NCBI GenBank assembly: GCA_041659065.1
Contig: JBAZYY010000001.1
Span: 163,124-227,123 of the forward strand
DNA: 64,000 nt
Direction of reading: 5' to 3'
From: Parcubacteria group bacterium
Lineage (GTDB): Bacteria > Patescibacteriota > Minisyncoccia > Moranbacterales > UBA11712
Made by a program: the position numbers and the translations under genes. Shown here in pieces: positions 10,274 through 17,611 of the stretch (position 1 is the first letter of the stretch; each line of letters opens with the position of its first letter). Below the pieces are notes generated by a model, which worked only from the letters and a program-made list of their open reading frames with translations, did not search any database and had not been told where the DNA came from.

Positions 10274-11449
10274 TTATCTTTTCTCTAAAATATCATTAAG
10301 CGGTTTATATATATACCAGTACCCATCATGACGAGGCGGTGCATTTTTTAATACTGACAAGCCCTTCCTCGCATGATCTTTCATTATATCAATATTAGTT
10401 TTATTTATGCGCAACCCTAGTAATTCAAGCGACCGTCCAAGTCTATCGAGCTCATAATTGAAATCAGATTCTGCAGTTCTCGAGTGTAAAAGTTTTTCAA
10501 GATTACCTATTATTTCCTCAAATCTTTTTTCCCAATAAGTAGTTTCTTTTTCATAAAATATATTAATAAACTCATCCCTTAAATTTGTAATGATTTTTTC
10601 TCGCATTGCAAACTGTTCAACACTAAGGGGCACATCAGATTTGACATTACTATACTTGCCAAAGTCAAGGTTCTCAATCCGATTCTTTCCATGAAATATC
10701 GCATATGCGATGTGATTCGCAATAATATGCCTATCAAAATTATTTCCACCGATAATTGAGAACGCAACATTAAACTTTTTATCCCTATCTCCTTTTTTAA
10801 CATTTTCTAATGCATAAAATATTCCTTCGAATGATTTGTTTATTGTTGCTCTAGAACTAATGTACTCTGTAACATATAAAAAACCATTTTCGATTTTATT
10901 TTCTATTAACAAATTACTCACCACACTTTTCACGCCAGAACTGTCAAGGTTGTGATGCTTATGATCATGACCAATATCGAGTGAAACAAGTTCTGCTAAT
11001 TTTTCATTTTTTGTTTCATAGATTTTATTTATCGCCTTATGTATTATTTCCGCAGGCAATCGACCACTGCTATCTTCTGAAAAAACTACATCATAAGCAT
11101 GCGCATTAACTGCATCACGCATTTGTGGTACCATTTTTTCAAATGCACTCATCATTATATCACTGAGAAAATTAATCTCTGCATTTGGTGTTTTCCAATT
11201 TTCATGAAAGATTCTCGCCTCGGTTTCAGCCAATTCAATGGCAGTAACCTTGGGAAGGTTGAAAATTTTAAACAGAATACCCCTTTTCTTGTTTTTTAAT
11301 TTTGCCAATTCTTCCCATTCAGACCAAGATTCTAAAACTTCACGTCTTATAAAACCATTTTCAAGATTAACGAAATTAGCACGCTCGTCGCTTGGCAAAT
11401 CCTCAACTTTTTTATATTCAGCATTAAATGGATTAAATTTTTCTGACAT
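10274..11449 (-). CDS. hypothetical protein (island cassette gene, 391 aa)
   Basis: Long ORF whose ATG lies 28 nt downstream of the X promoter module. No family recognised. Contains a His-rich patch (SLDIGHDHKHHNLD). Confidence 0.55.
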   Translation of the reverse strand: MSEKFNPFNAEYKKVEDLPSDERANFVNLENGFIRREVLESWSEWEELAKLKNKKRGILFKIFNLPKVTAIELAETEARIFHENWKTPNAEINFLSDIMMSAFEKMVPQMRDAVNAHAYDVVFSEDSSGRLPAEIIHKAINKIYETKNEKLAELVSLDIGHDHKHHNLDSSGVKSVVSNLLIENKIENGFLYVTEYISSRATINKSFEGIFYALENVKKGDRDKKFNVAFSIIGGNNFDRHIIANHIAYAIFHGKNRIENLDFGKYSNVKSDVPLSVEQFAMREKIITNLRDEFINIFYEKETTYWEKRFEEIIGNLEKLLHSRTAESDFNYELDRLGRSLELLGLRINKTNIDIMKDHARKGLSVLKNAPPRHDGYWYIYKPLNDILEKR

Positions 11450-11476
11450 ACCCTCGTATTTTCGATTAATTATTTT

Positions 11477-11509
11477 CCCCTGCCGGAATTACGTAATCAG
11501 TTACGTAAC
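11477..11509 (-). promoter_or_regulatory. conserved promoter/operator module X: tandem TTACGTAA palindromes then CCGGC(A/G)GGGG, ~25-28 nt upstream of the cassette start codon
   Basis: The minus strand reads TTACGTAACTGATTACGTAATTCCGGCAGGGGAAAATAATTA. This fits a -35-like TTACGT, a 17-18 nt GC-rich spacer and a -10-like A/T hexamer, leaving a very short leader. Confidence 0.5.
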
Positions 11510-11517
11510 AAATTTTA

Positions 11518-11547
11518 TTCCTAAAGTCGAACTTTAGGAACGGTCAG
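11518..11547. repeat. H1 hairpin repeat ttcctaaagtcgaactttaggaa followed by cggtcag
   Basis: Perfect 10-bp arms (ttcctaaagt / actttaggaa) around cga. Identical copies lie at 13166-13188 and 13349-13371. Confidence 0.65.
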
Positions 11548-11944
11548 TTTTTCTTTCGAGAGACGGCGGATCGAGCGGGCGAAAGCTTGCTGATTGATTT
11601 TTCGCCATTCAGCCTTGATCAACCTTAGATTCCTATAGTACTGCCGGGGATCCCGGGAAAACCCCAAAGCGACGCCTCCCATAAACGCTAGCAATATTTT
11701 CTTTTTCACCGACCCTATCCTGTACATAAATATATTTTAGCATCAATATACGGCCGTGTCTAAAAACTGAATTGGAGCTGGAGAGTATAAATGTGGGTAT
11801 AAATTATAAATATTGAGCAAGGAAATATTCAACAGAATATAGCTTTAAGATACGGCCGTGGGTAAATGCTGGGTTGGGGAAAAAAGATGAAGGAGGTCGA
11901 ATGAAGTGCGAGCGAGAAAGTATTGCTGCTATTTTTCAATCCAT

Positions 11945-11980
11945 CCCCCGCCGGAATTACGTAATTGGTTACGTAATTAT
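11945..11980 (-). promoter_or_regulatory. X module copy (cccccgccggaattacgtaattggttacgtaattat)
   Basis: Same tandem TTACGTAA motif. No ORF starts at the usual 25-28 nt, so this cassette is probably degenerate. Confidence 0.4.
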
Positions 11981-11985
11981 CTTTA

Positions 11986-12010
11986 CCCTAACATTCAATG
12001 TTGAGTTGGG
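11986..12010. repeat. H2 hairpin repeat (ccctaacattcaatgttgagttggg) immediately 3' of the stop codon at 12011
   Basis: The arms aacatt / aatgtt form a palindrome. The same family occurs at 10201-10218 and 13556-13656. Confidence 0.55.
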
Positions 12011-12562
12011 TTATTTTTTTAGCTTCTTTTTTTCTTCAACTTTCGGCCAGCTGGCGCCCCGAAGCTTAATTTGATCCTGTCTTTTCGCAACCCATTGTCT
12101 GTGCGCGTCAACATTATTCTCTTCCAGACTTGGATGCCTCCAAACTTGTTCTGGAGGAGGTATTTGCCCTTTTTTTATCAGCACATTTTCTTGATATTTC
12201 GCTTGTTGCTTTTTTCTTCTGCCTCCAATACTGAAATATCTTTTGGTTTCTTTTCTCCTTTTTGCTCGCTTGGCTATTCCCTGAAGGATTATCTCCTCGG
12301 GATTTTCAATATTGGATTCACTATCAACATATCTAAAAGTATGAGGATTATCTTCCGGCTCAGCAACCTTTCTAATATTTGGTTTCCCGCTGTCTTTTTT
12401 GAATTGCCGTTTTTTTACAGGAACCGTATCGCCTATTTTTTCCCGAACGCCCAGAGGCCCTCCAGATTCGACTCGCAAATCATCTTCAGTTTGGTGCGCC
12501 GATTCTCCGAAATTATTTTCCTTTAATTGATCCACGAGATCCGGTCTTTCGAGTTTTGGCAT
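12011..12562 (-). CDS. hypothetical highly basic protein (183 aa, K/R/E-rich, likely nucleic-acid-binding)
   Basis: The ORF's ATG lies 24 nt downstream of the X module at 12586-12621. Composition is low-complexity basic. Confidence 0.55.
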   Translation of the reverse strand: MPKLERPDLVDQLKENNFGESAHQTEDDLRVESGGPLGVREKIGDTVPVKKRQFKKDSGKPNIRKVAEPEDNPHTFRYVDSESNIENPEEIILQGIAKRAKRRKETKRYFSIGGRRKKQQAKYQENVLIKKGQIPPPEQVWRHPSLEENNVDAHRQWVAKRQDQIKLRGASWPKVEEKKKLKK

Positions 12563-12585
12563 ATATTATTCTTTATTTATTATCT

Positions 12586-12621
12586 CCCCCGCCGGAATTA
12601 CGCAATTAGTTGCGTAATTAT
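12586..12621 (-). promoter_or_regulatory. X module copy (cccccgccggaattacgcaattagttgcgtaattat)
   Basis: Minus strand reads TTGCGT, then 17 nt AATTCCGGCGGGGGAGA, then TAATAA, then 14 nt, then ATG. This is the best sigma70-like arrangement of the four copies. Confidence 0.5.
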
Positions 12622-12624
12622 TCT

Positions 12625-12645
12625 CGCTAAGGTTCAACCTTAGCG
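12625..12645. repeat. hairpin cgctaaggttcaaccttagcg (perfect 10-bp arms) overlapping the stop codon of the upstream cassette gene
   Basis: Revcomp of cgctaaggtt is aaccttagcg. The TAA of ORF 12640..13155 lies inside the 3' arm. Confidence 0.6.
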
Positions 12646-13155
12646 AAGCTCTAGTTTCTCAATTATTTTTTTAAATGCCCCATATCCTCTGTATGACTCA
12701 CCTGATATATATTCTCCACTTTCATCTTTATATTTTTTTATTTCGCCATTTTCTTTAATTTCCCTCAACTCTGAAATAATTTCCCAAAGCAAATTAACAA
12801 AATCTTTACCCAGATTCCGGTTATTAATGGCAAATTCAATAAAAACTTCGTCGCTGATTACCATTTTAAATGTTTCGAAGGATATTCCACTTATTCTTTC
12901 CTTATCAATTAATCTTTTATTATTATTAAACTCTAATAACAATGCCTTCTTGAGAATTTTATATTTATTTCCCCTTCTATAATTCTCTGCTTTTTCATTT
13001 AACTTAAATGCAACAAAAACACCAAGAAAAGTAGCGATTAAAACAAAAATGAATTGAGTAATATCTATTATTGTAATCAAGTTTAACTGATATAACAAAA
13101 TAACCAATAACAACACTAATAATATAAGGTATATAATAATTTTTTTGTTGCTCAT
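12640..13155 (-). CDS. hypothetical membrane protein (two N-terminal TM helices plus a soluble domain, 171 aa)
   Basis: Hydrophobic N-terminus IIIYLILLVLLLVILLY...FIFVLIATFLGVFVAF. No family recognised. Confidence 0.55.
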   Translation of the reverse strand: MSNKKIIIYLILLVLLLVILLYQLNLITIIDITQFIFVLIATFLGVFVAFKLNEKAENYRRGNKYKILKKALLLEFNNNKRLIDKERISGISFETFKMVISDEVFIEFAINNRNLGKDFVNLLWEIISELREIKENGEIKKYKDESGEYISGESYRGYGAFKKIIEKLELR

Positions 13156-13165
13156 AAATTTTTGA

Positions 13166-13188
13166 TTCCTAAAGTCGAACTTTAGGAA
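13166..13188. repeat. H1 hairpin repeat (ttcctaaagtcgaactttaggaa)
   Basis: Exact copy of the 11518-11540 element, 8 nt upstream of the start codon at 13155. Confidence 0.65.
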
Positions 13189-13279
13189 CGGTTAAGAGAA
13201 ATTGCAGTCTTGTCAAAAGCAAAGACTGGATTAGTATCCATTTCCTGTGGCGCTTTTTTGTCTTCGCGATCAAATGCCA
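13169..13279 (-). CDS. possible 36-aa basic peptide MAFDREAKKRHRKWILIQSLLLTRLQFLLTVPKVRL (cassette-positioned small ORF)
   Basis: The ATG lies 28 nt after the X module at 13308-13343, like the other cassette genes. The last 8 codons and the stop are supplied by the H1 hairpin. Confidence 0.3.
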   Translation of the reverse strand, partial: WHLIAKTKKRHRKWILIQSLLLTRLQFLLTVPKVRL

Positions 13280-13307
13280 TAAGATTAGAGATTTTTCTAA
13301 ATTATTA

Positions 13308-13343
13308 TCCCCCGCCGGAAATACGTATTTAAATACGTATTTA
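13308..13343 (-). promoter_or_regulatory. X module variant (cccccgccggaaatacgtatttaaatacgtatttat)
   Basis: Tandem ATACGTAT palindromes replace TTACGTAA. The CCGGCGGGGG and A/T-rich -10 region are conserved. Confidence 0.45.
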
Positions 13344-13348
13344 TTTTT

Positions 13349-13371
13349 ATTCCTAAAGTTCGACTTTAGGA
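13349..13371. repeat. H1 hairpin repeat (ttcctaaagttcgactttaggaa)
   Basis: Third H1 copy, followed by cggttaac. Confidence 0.6.
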
Positions 13372-13555
13372 ACGGTTAACTATTTTTTTTTGGCTTTGGC
13401 TTTCAGTTTTTTGAGGTGCGTGGCCGAATCACGGCAGGTGCAGTTTTTCGCGTGGCCACCGTGCCACTTTATTTTCTCCTCAAGAGTTGCATTTTTGGGC
13501 ATCTTGTTCTTCAAATGCCAGGTTTTGTTGATTTTCATCTTGTTTTATCGCTATT

Positions 13556-13656
13556 CTAACATTGAATGTGGGGTCGGGTTACCCTTGGACGGAAGTTTTG
13601 ACGAAAGCTCGGCTTTCGTCAGGTTTACCCCAACATTGAATGTTGGGTTGGGTTAT
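13556..13656. repeat. composite H2 element (two ctaacattgaatgtgggg-type palindromes flanking the hairpin gacgaaagctcggctttcgtc), a MITE-like insertion
   Basis: ctaacattgaatgtgggg ... gacgaaagc-tcg-gctttcgtc ... ccccaacattgaatgttgggttggg. The element supplies the last 22 codons and the stop of the truncated ATPase ORF. Confidence 0.5.
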
Positions 13657-13944
13657 TTCGATATTTTTATAACCGCTTGGGTCCCATTTATTATTTTTAA
13701 AAGCATAATTTTTACCATCTGTCATGATTTCAATACTCGGATTGTTATTTTGCCCAAGAGTTGATCTTTCTAATATATAAGTAGGATCGTTCCTCTCTAG
13801 AGATCTAAAGATTGCTGATAATGTAGTCTTTCCGCGACCATTCTCGCCAAATAGAACCGACATTTTTTTCAATTTCGTATCTCCTAGAGATTCATATTTT
13901 TCAAATCTTCCGACATGGAAGATTTTTATTACTTTTTCAATCAT
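13579..13944 (-). pseudogene. N-terminal fragment (~100 aa) of an ABC/SMC-type defence-associated ATPase (AAA_15/AAA_21-like), truncated by the H2 repeat element
   Basis: IFHVGRFEKYESL...MSVLFGENGRGKTTLSAIFRSL is a RecF/OLD/PrrC-type Walker A N-terminus; such proteins are >350 aa. Here the frame runs into repeat-derived sequence and stops after 121 aa. Confidence 0.55.
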
Positions 13945-14049
13945 AATAAATTATTTTCCTCCTTAATCCTAAATTTTCCAGATTTGACTAATTTTATACT
14001 ATTATAATTTTTCGGTTCCTTAAATTCGAATTGCCAAGTGGAATATTTT

Positions 14050-14072
14050 ATTCCTTAAGTTTAACTTTAAGA
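14050..14072. repeat. imperfect H1-like hairpin (ttccttaagtttaactttaagaa then cggttaatg)
   Basis: Degenerate copy of H1 at the 3' end of the DpnI-like operon. Confidence 0.4.
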
Positions 14073-14101
14073 ACGGTTAATGATTCTTCGTTAACATCGA
14101 C

Positions 14102-14257
14102 CTATTCCTCTTCGCGATCTTCTGATAAATCCTCAAGAAACCACTCTCTACCGCAAATACAGCTTCCCTGATATGAATACTGATATTGACCACCAATAAG
14201 TTTTATTGCAAGTTTATTTCCACATTTGCACTTTATCAACATCTGCTGATTATCCAT
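14102..14257 (-). CDS. possible 51-aa zinc-ribbon protein (MDNQQMLIKCKCGNKLAIKLIGGQYQYSYQGSCICGREWFLEDLSEDREEE)
   Basis: Two CxCG pairs. The ATG lies 5 nt after the stop of the 153-aa gene. Too short for the ORF track. Confidence 0.35.
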   Translation of the reverse strand: MDNQQMLIKCKCGNKLAIKLIGGQYQYSYQGSCICGREWFLEDLSEDREEE

Positions 14258-14261
14258 AAAT

Positions 14262-14723
14262 TTATTTGTATTTTTTTATCATCTCCAAGCACTCCTCATA
14301 TGCATCTGCCTTGCCGCCAATAAATTCATTTAGACCAAATTCTTCGATATTTTCACTCTCCCAAAATTCCTCTTTCCACTCCTTTCGATAATTTTTTGCT
14401 AATTCTGCGATATGAGCTTCGAGCGATTCTCCAGTAATTTTTTCCAAAAATCCTTTTGCCATCAGTCGTGTCGTAACTTCATCCAAATTTTGCAAATTTT
14501 CCCACAATTCAAACGTCTGATATTTGTCATCGCTTGCAATCATTTTCCATTCATCCGGTTCGACTTCGACAAAGTCATCGTCTTCTTCAGTGTATTCTTG
14601 GCACATGACCAGAAACGGGAAATAAAAATCTTTATGCGAGTCCAGATATTTCAGTATTTTTATTGCGATTTCTCTTGAAATTTTCATAAATTGACCAGAA
14701 ATTATCTTTTTGCTTCTGATCAA
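14262..14723 (-). CDS. acidic 153-aa protein encoded immediately downstream of the DpnI-like gene; possible DpnD-like partner
   Basis: E/D-rich. The gap to the DpnI-like gene is 24 nt. The pneumococcal DpnI cassette (dpnC-dpnD) has a similar small second gene of unknown function; I cannot verify sequence similarity. Confidence 0.45.
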   Translation of the reverse strand: MIRSKKIISGQFMKISREIAIKILKYLDSHKDFYFPFLVMCQEYTEEDDDFVEVEPDEWKMIASDDKYQTFELWENLQNLDEVTTRLMAKGFLEKITGESLEAHIAELAKNYRKEWKEEFWESENIEEFGLNEFIGGKADAYEECLEMIKKYK

Positions 14724-14747
14724 TTTTTGATCGTTTTAAAAACCTTG

Positions 14748-15548
14748 TCAAATAGCCAATTTATACTTTCCCCGCGAGACAAAATTCAGATAGCCTTTAT
14801 CCCTCAAAACTTGCAGTTGCTGACGCAGCTTGTCTTTGATGAAATTGTTGTCCGGATGTTTTTCTTTCAGTTCTTTTTCGAAAGCATACACGTCATCCAG
14901 TACAAATTCCCGTTTACCGATTTTATCGATGCAATTCATCGTATCCAAAATCCATCCTTTTCTCGTTAATTCTTTTTCTTCTCGCAAAAACAAGGTTTTG
15001 CTCCAATTTTCCAAAACATCTTTTTTGGCTTCCAGTTTTCCATCCTTGATATAAAATATCTTTCCGGATTGCGGAACGCTTTTAAGAACAATATTGCAAC
15101 CGACCCATCCGGCCCGCCGTGCATTTTCCGAGAGCGGTTTTCTTTTCTCGATTATCTCGGGAATAAAAAAGTGCTTCGGAATAACCATAAAATTAATAAC
15201 CGAAAAATTTTTCAAATTATAATTTAGGAAAAAGAAATTGGGATTGCGCTCGCTTTGCAACCGCTCAATCATTGTTCGATATGCACCGTCCACTATTTTT
15301 TTGCCCATTGAATCCTTTTTGCTTTTCAGCTCATATTCCTCTTTGCAGTCATCGCAATAGAAATCGGCTACCGGTCGATTGTTCTCAAAGTGATTGATGA
15401 TAGACCCACAAGCCGGACAAAAAATATTCCTCCCGACCCAATCCTCACTTACCGCTTTTATTTTTTGCGACGCATTGCTATATTTCTCCGCAAGTGTTGA
15501 GTCAAATACTATCTGCATAATTATTTTTGCTTCTAAAATCCTAATCAT
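14748..15548 (-). CDS. DpnI-like methyl-directed (GmATC) type IIM restriction endonuclease, Dam-replacing family
   Basis: The ORF has SQKIKAVSEDWVGRNIFCPACGS..NHFENNRPVADFYCDDCKEEYELKSKK, NPNFFFL, RRAGWVGCNI, MNCIDKIGKREF and RQQLQVLRDKGY...RGKYK. These match my recollection of R.DpnI along its whole length. Confidence 0.78.
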   Translation of the reverse strand: MIRILEAKIIMQIVFDSTLAEKYSNASQKIKAVSEDWVGRNIFCPACGSIINHFENNRPVADFYCDDCKEEYELKSKKDSMGKKIVDGAYRTMIERLQSERNPNFFFLNYNLKNFSVINFMVIPKHFFIPEIIEKRKPLSENARRAGWVGCNIVLKSVPQSGKIFYIKDGKLEAKKDVLENWSKTLFLREEKELTRKGWILDTMNCIDKIGKREFVLDDVYAFEKELKEKHPDNNFIKDKLRQQLQVLRDKGYLNFVSRGKYKLAI

Positions 15549-15603
15549 CCCGTCAGCAATATTTTATATAGATTGACGAGTAGGTTGTCTTTAATCCCTA
15601 TCT

Positions 15604-16203
15604 TTATTTCTTAACCCCAATAAACTCCCAAAATCCTCCTGATTTATCATCTCCGTGAACTTTCATAGCTTTTTTAAGTTTGTCTATTTTTACCAATCTC
15701 CATTTAGGCTGGTTTACCGAAGGATCAATCAATCTAACTATTCCTTTTGGCGGATAAATCCTATCCAAAACACAAACATGACCTCCACCACTCTCTTCAT
15801 TTTTTAATATTCCGTGATTGAAACAGACCAGCATGTCCTTATCCTTTTTAACCGCATCAGTAATAAATTTTTCAAAATCCATCTGGTTAAAACGACTGAT
15901 TGGATGATATATCATTTTCAATGGAATTTTCAGCTTGGGAAAAATTGTGTTGGGATGATTTCGCTTAAGATAGATCTGAGTCCCATATCCTGACGGCGGC
16001 TTTTTGCCGGTTCTGGCATTCCAAAATAATTCCTTATATTCTTTGTCCACAATCAGCCCTAAATGATAGCCCAATAATTCCTGTGGCAACAATGGAATTC
16101 CATTTTTATACATAATCATAGAAATGCATGTTGGAACACAGCATGATTTTTGCTGGGCTAATGGGACATATCTTGAATCTTTTGGAACAATTTCTTTTTT
16201 CAT
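15604..16203 (-). CDS. papain-like cysteine peptidase, C39-like domain protein (standalone, 199 aa)
   Basis: An N-terminal Cys motif (CCVPTCISMIMYKNG) fits the C39 CxxxC(L/I)(A/S)M(I/L) pattern. A downstream His motif (GGGHVCVLD) is also present. Confidence 0.45.
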   Translation of the reverse strand: MKKEIVPKDSRYVPLAQQKSCCVPTCISMIMYKNGIPLLPQELLGYHLGLIVDKEYKELFWNARTGKKPPSGYGTQIYLKRNHPNTIFPKLKIPLKMIYHPISRFNQMDFEKFITDAVKKDKDMLVCFNHGILKNEESGGGHVCVLDRIYPPKGIVRLIDPSVNQPKWRLVKIDKLKKAMKVHGDDKSGGFWEFIGVKK

Positions 16204-16404
16204 TTTTTACTCCGATAATCGCGGACGGTCATAGAAGGGATTACTTATTTATCCTACATAATTGCCTTTTATAAAGCAAATATCATCAGTTATCCACAAT
16301 TTAGTTGAAATATTTTTCGAATTATGCAAGTATTATAAGTACCAAGACCTGTATTCCGAACTATCACCGGATGGTGGTGTGGCTGGGACAACCAGTCTAG
16401 GAAC

Positions 16405-16440
16405 GTGGTCGGAGATAGCCCTTCGGGGCTGTTTTTTGTT
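16405..16440 (+). terminator. plus-strand rho-independent terminator-like hairpin (agccc-ttcg-gggct then gttttttg)
   Basis: A GC stem followed by a T-run on the plus strand only. It lies between divergent/convergent minus-strand genes. Confidence 0.4.
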
Positions 16441-17065
16441 ATTTGAAAGGCCATTCATCTTCAATATGCTTCTTTATTATACTTTTGTATACGGCGCGAT
16501 CATTTTTTGTATTGTCATAGCTTCTTCGAATGCTTCCCGCAGTCATATCAGCCATTTGTATGAGGACATTGCTTTTTGAATTTACAAGACGGCAATTTTT
16601 GATGATTTTCGTTTGTTTGGAATTAAGTTGCTTTCTCAAATACGTGATAAAACTTTTTCGAAACACTCTGTCACCGCTTCCGTCAATTTTTATCGATGCA
16701 TTGAAAATCGTGGAATTGTTATATTTGAGAAGTGTCTTGATTATATAGCTGTAAAAAGAATCTTTGCTGTTTTTCAATTCGTCGCTTCTGATTATCTTCT
16801 TATCGACGACGAGAGACCTGATTCTAAACTCGAATTTGTTCACTGTTTGGAGAAATTTTTCTCTCACATCTTTTCGGGATTTGTTGAATTTGAATTCAAC
16901 CTTATCCGAAAACTTCAAGTTTCTTCTCAATTCTTTTATCGCAACTGCGGCTTTTTCCGCTTCCAGATTATCATCAAAAATAACTGCACTTATCACAAAA
17001 AAGTCAGTTGAGCCCCTTTCGAATTTGAAGCCGGCGTCGCCGGAGTCATCAATGAAAACCAGCAT
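16439..17065 (-). CDS. DUF3800 family protein
   Basis: N-terminal MLVFIDDSGD and a later IQMADMTAGSIRRSY motif are characteristic of DUF3800. Confidence 0.65.
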   Translation of the reverse strand: MLVFIDDSGDAGFKFERGSTDFFVISAVIFDDNLEAEKAAVAIKELRRNLKFSDKVEFKFNKSRKDVREKFLQTVNKFEFRIRSLVVDKKIIRSDELKNSKDSFYSYIIKTLLKYNNSTIFNASIKIDGSGDRVFRKSFITYLRKQLNSKQTKIIKNCRLVNSKSNVLIQMADMTAGSIRRSYDNTKNDRAVYKSIIKKHIEDEWPFK

Positions 17066-17611
17066 AATTTATATTTTGAATGATTCGATACCTATTTAAT
17101 GAGGCAAATCTTTTCACTTTTTCCAATCCTTATATGCCTTCTAACCATTTATTGATTCATTCTCATTATTTTCCCACATCCAGGCAATCCCAATAATGAT
17201 CAACGCCAAAACTGTCTCAATGGTCGCGATGGCTATGTAGTGAGGATATGATGATACTGTATATATCATTATAGATCATATTGATAACCAGGACTGTCCA
17301 AAGCCCGGATAAAACCTCTTTCGGATTGCTTTTGATGATGTTTTTCATTTATTCATCCTTAATTTTATTTTTTTCAATCCTTGATATCTTGCGGATGTTT
17401 TGGTCTTTCATTTAGTTGCTACTTACCTTCCGCCCGAGGCGGACACGTGCTACATAACAATTCGCGATTAAGGTGACTGTTTCGCTATTAAATAAAGGTT
17501 TTCTGTGCTTTTATGTTATCACTAAACTCCCAATTTCTCAAATTTTTTGCAAAAAACCCCGCTGTTTCCAGCGAGGCATTCGCGAATGTGTGAATTTACA
17601 ACGAAGCTCGA

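Noticed and set aside
11521-11727. 68-aa minus-strand ORF (MYRIGSVKKK...LTVPKVRL)
   Set aside because: Its last 8 codons and stop are read straight through the H1 hairpin repeat. It starts 217 nt from the X promoter, unlike all other cassette genes. Probably a degenerate, ORF-less cassette, kept only as a low-probability peptide.
11874-12074. 66-aa plus-strand ORF with an apparent AAGGAGG-ATG start
   Set aside because: It translates through the X palindromes and the H2 hairpin on the wrong strand relative to all cassette genes. The hydrophobic product is a repeat-translation artefact.
13390-13764. 124-aa plus-strand ORF
   Set aside because: Overlaps the H2 composite repeat and is antisense to the ATPase fragment. 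No support.
10170-14072. Classical integron (attC cassette array)
   Set aside because: Hairpins lack GTTRRRY/inverse core sites. Cassettes carry individual promoters. No intI integrase or attI is present in the window.
16262-16579. 105-aa plus-strand ORF upstream of the plus-strand terminator
   Set aside because: Runs antisense into the DUF3800 gene and through the terminator hairpin. If anything is transcribed here it is more likely a short RNA.
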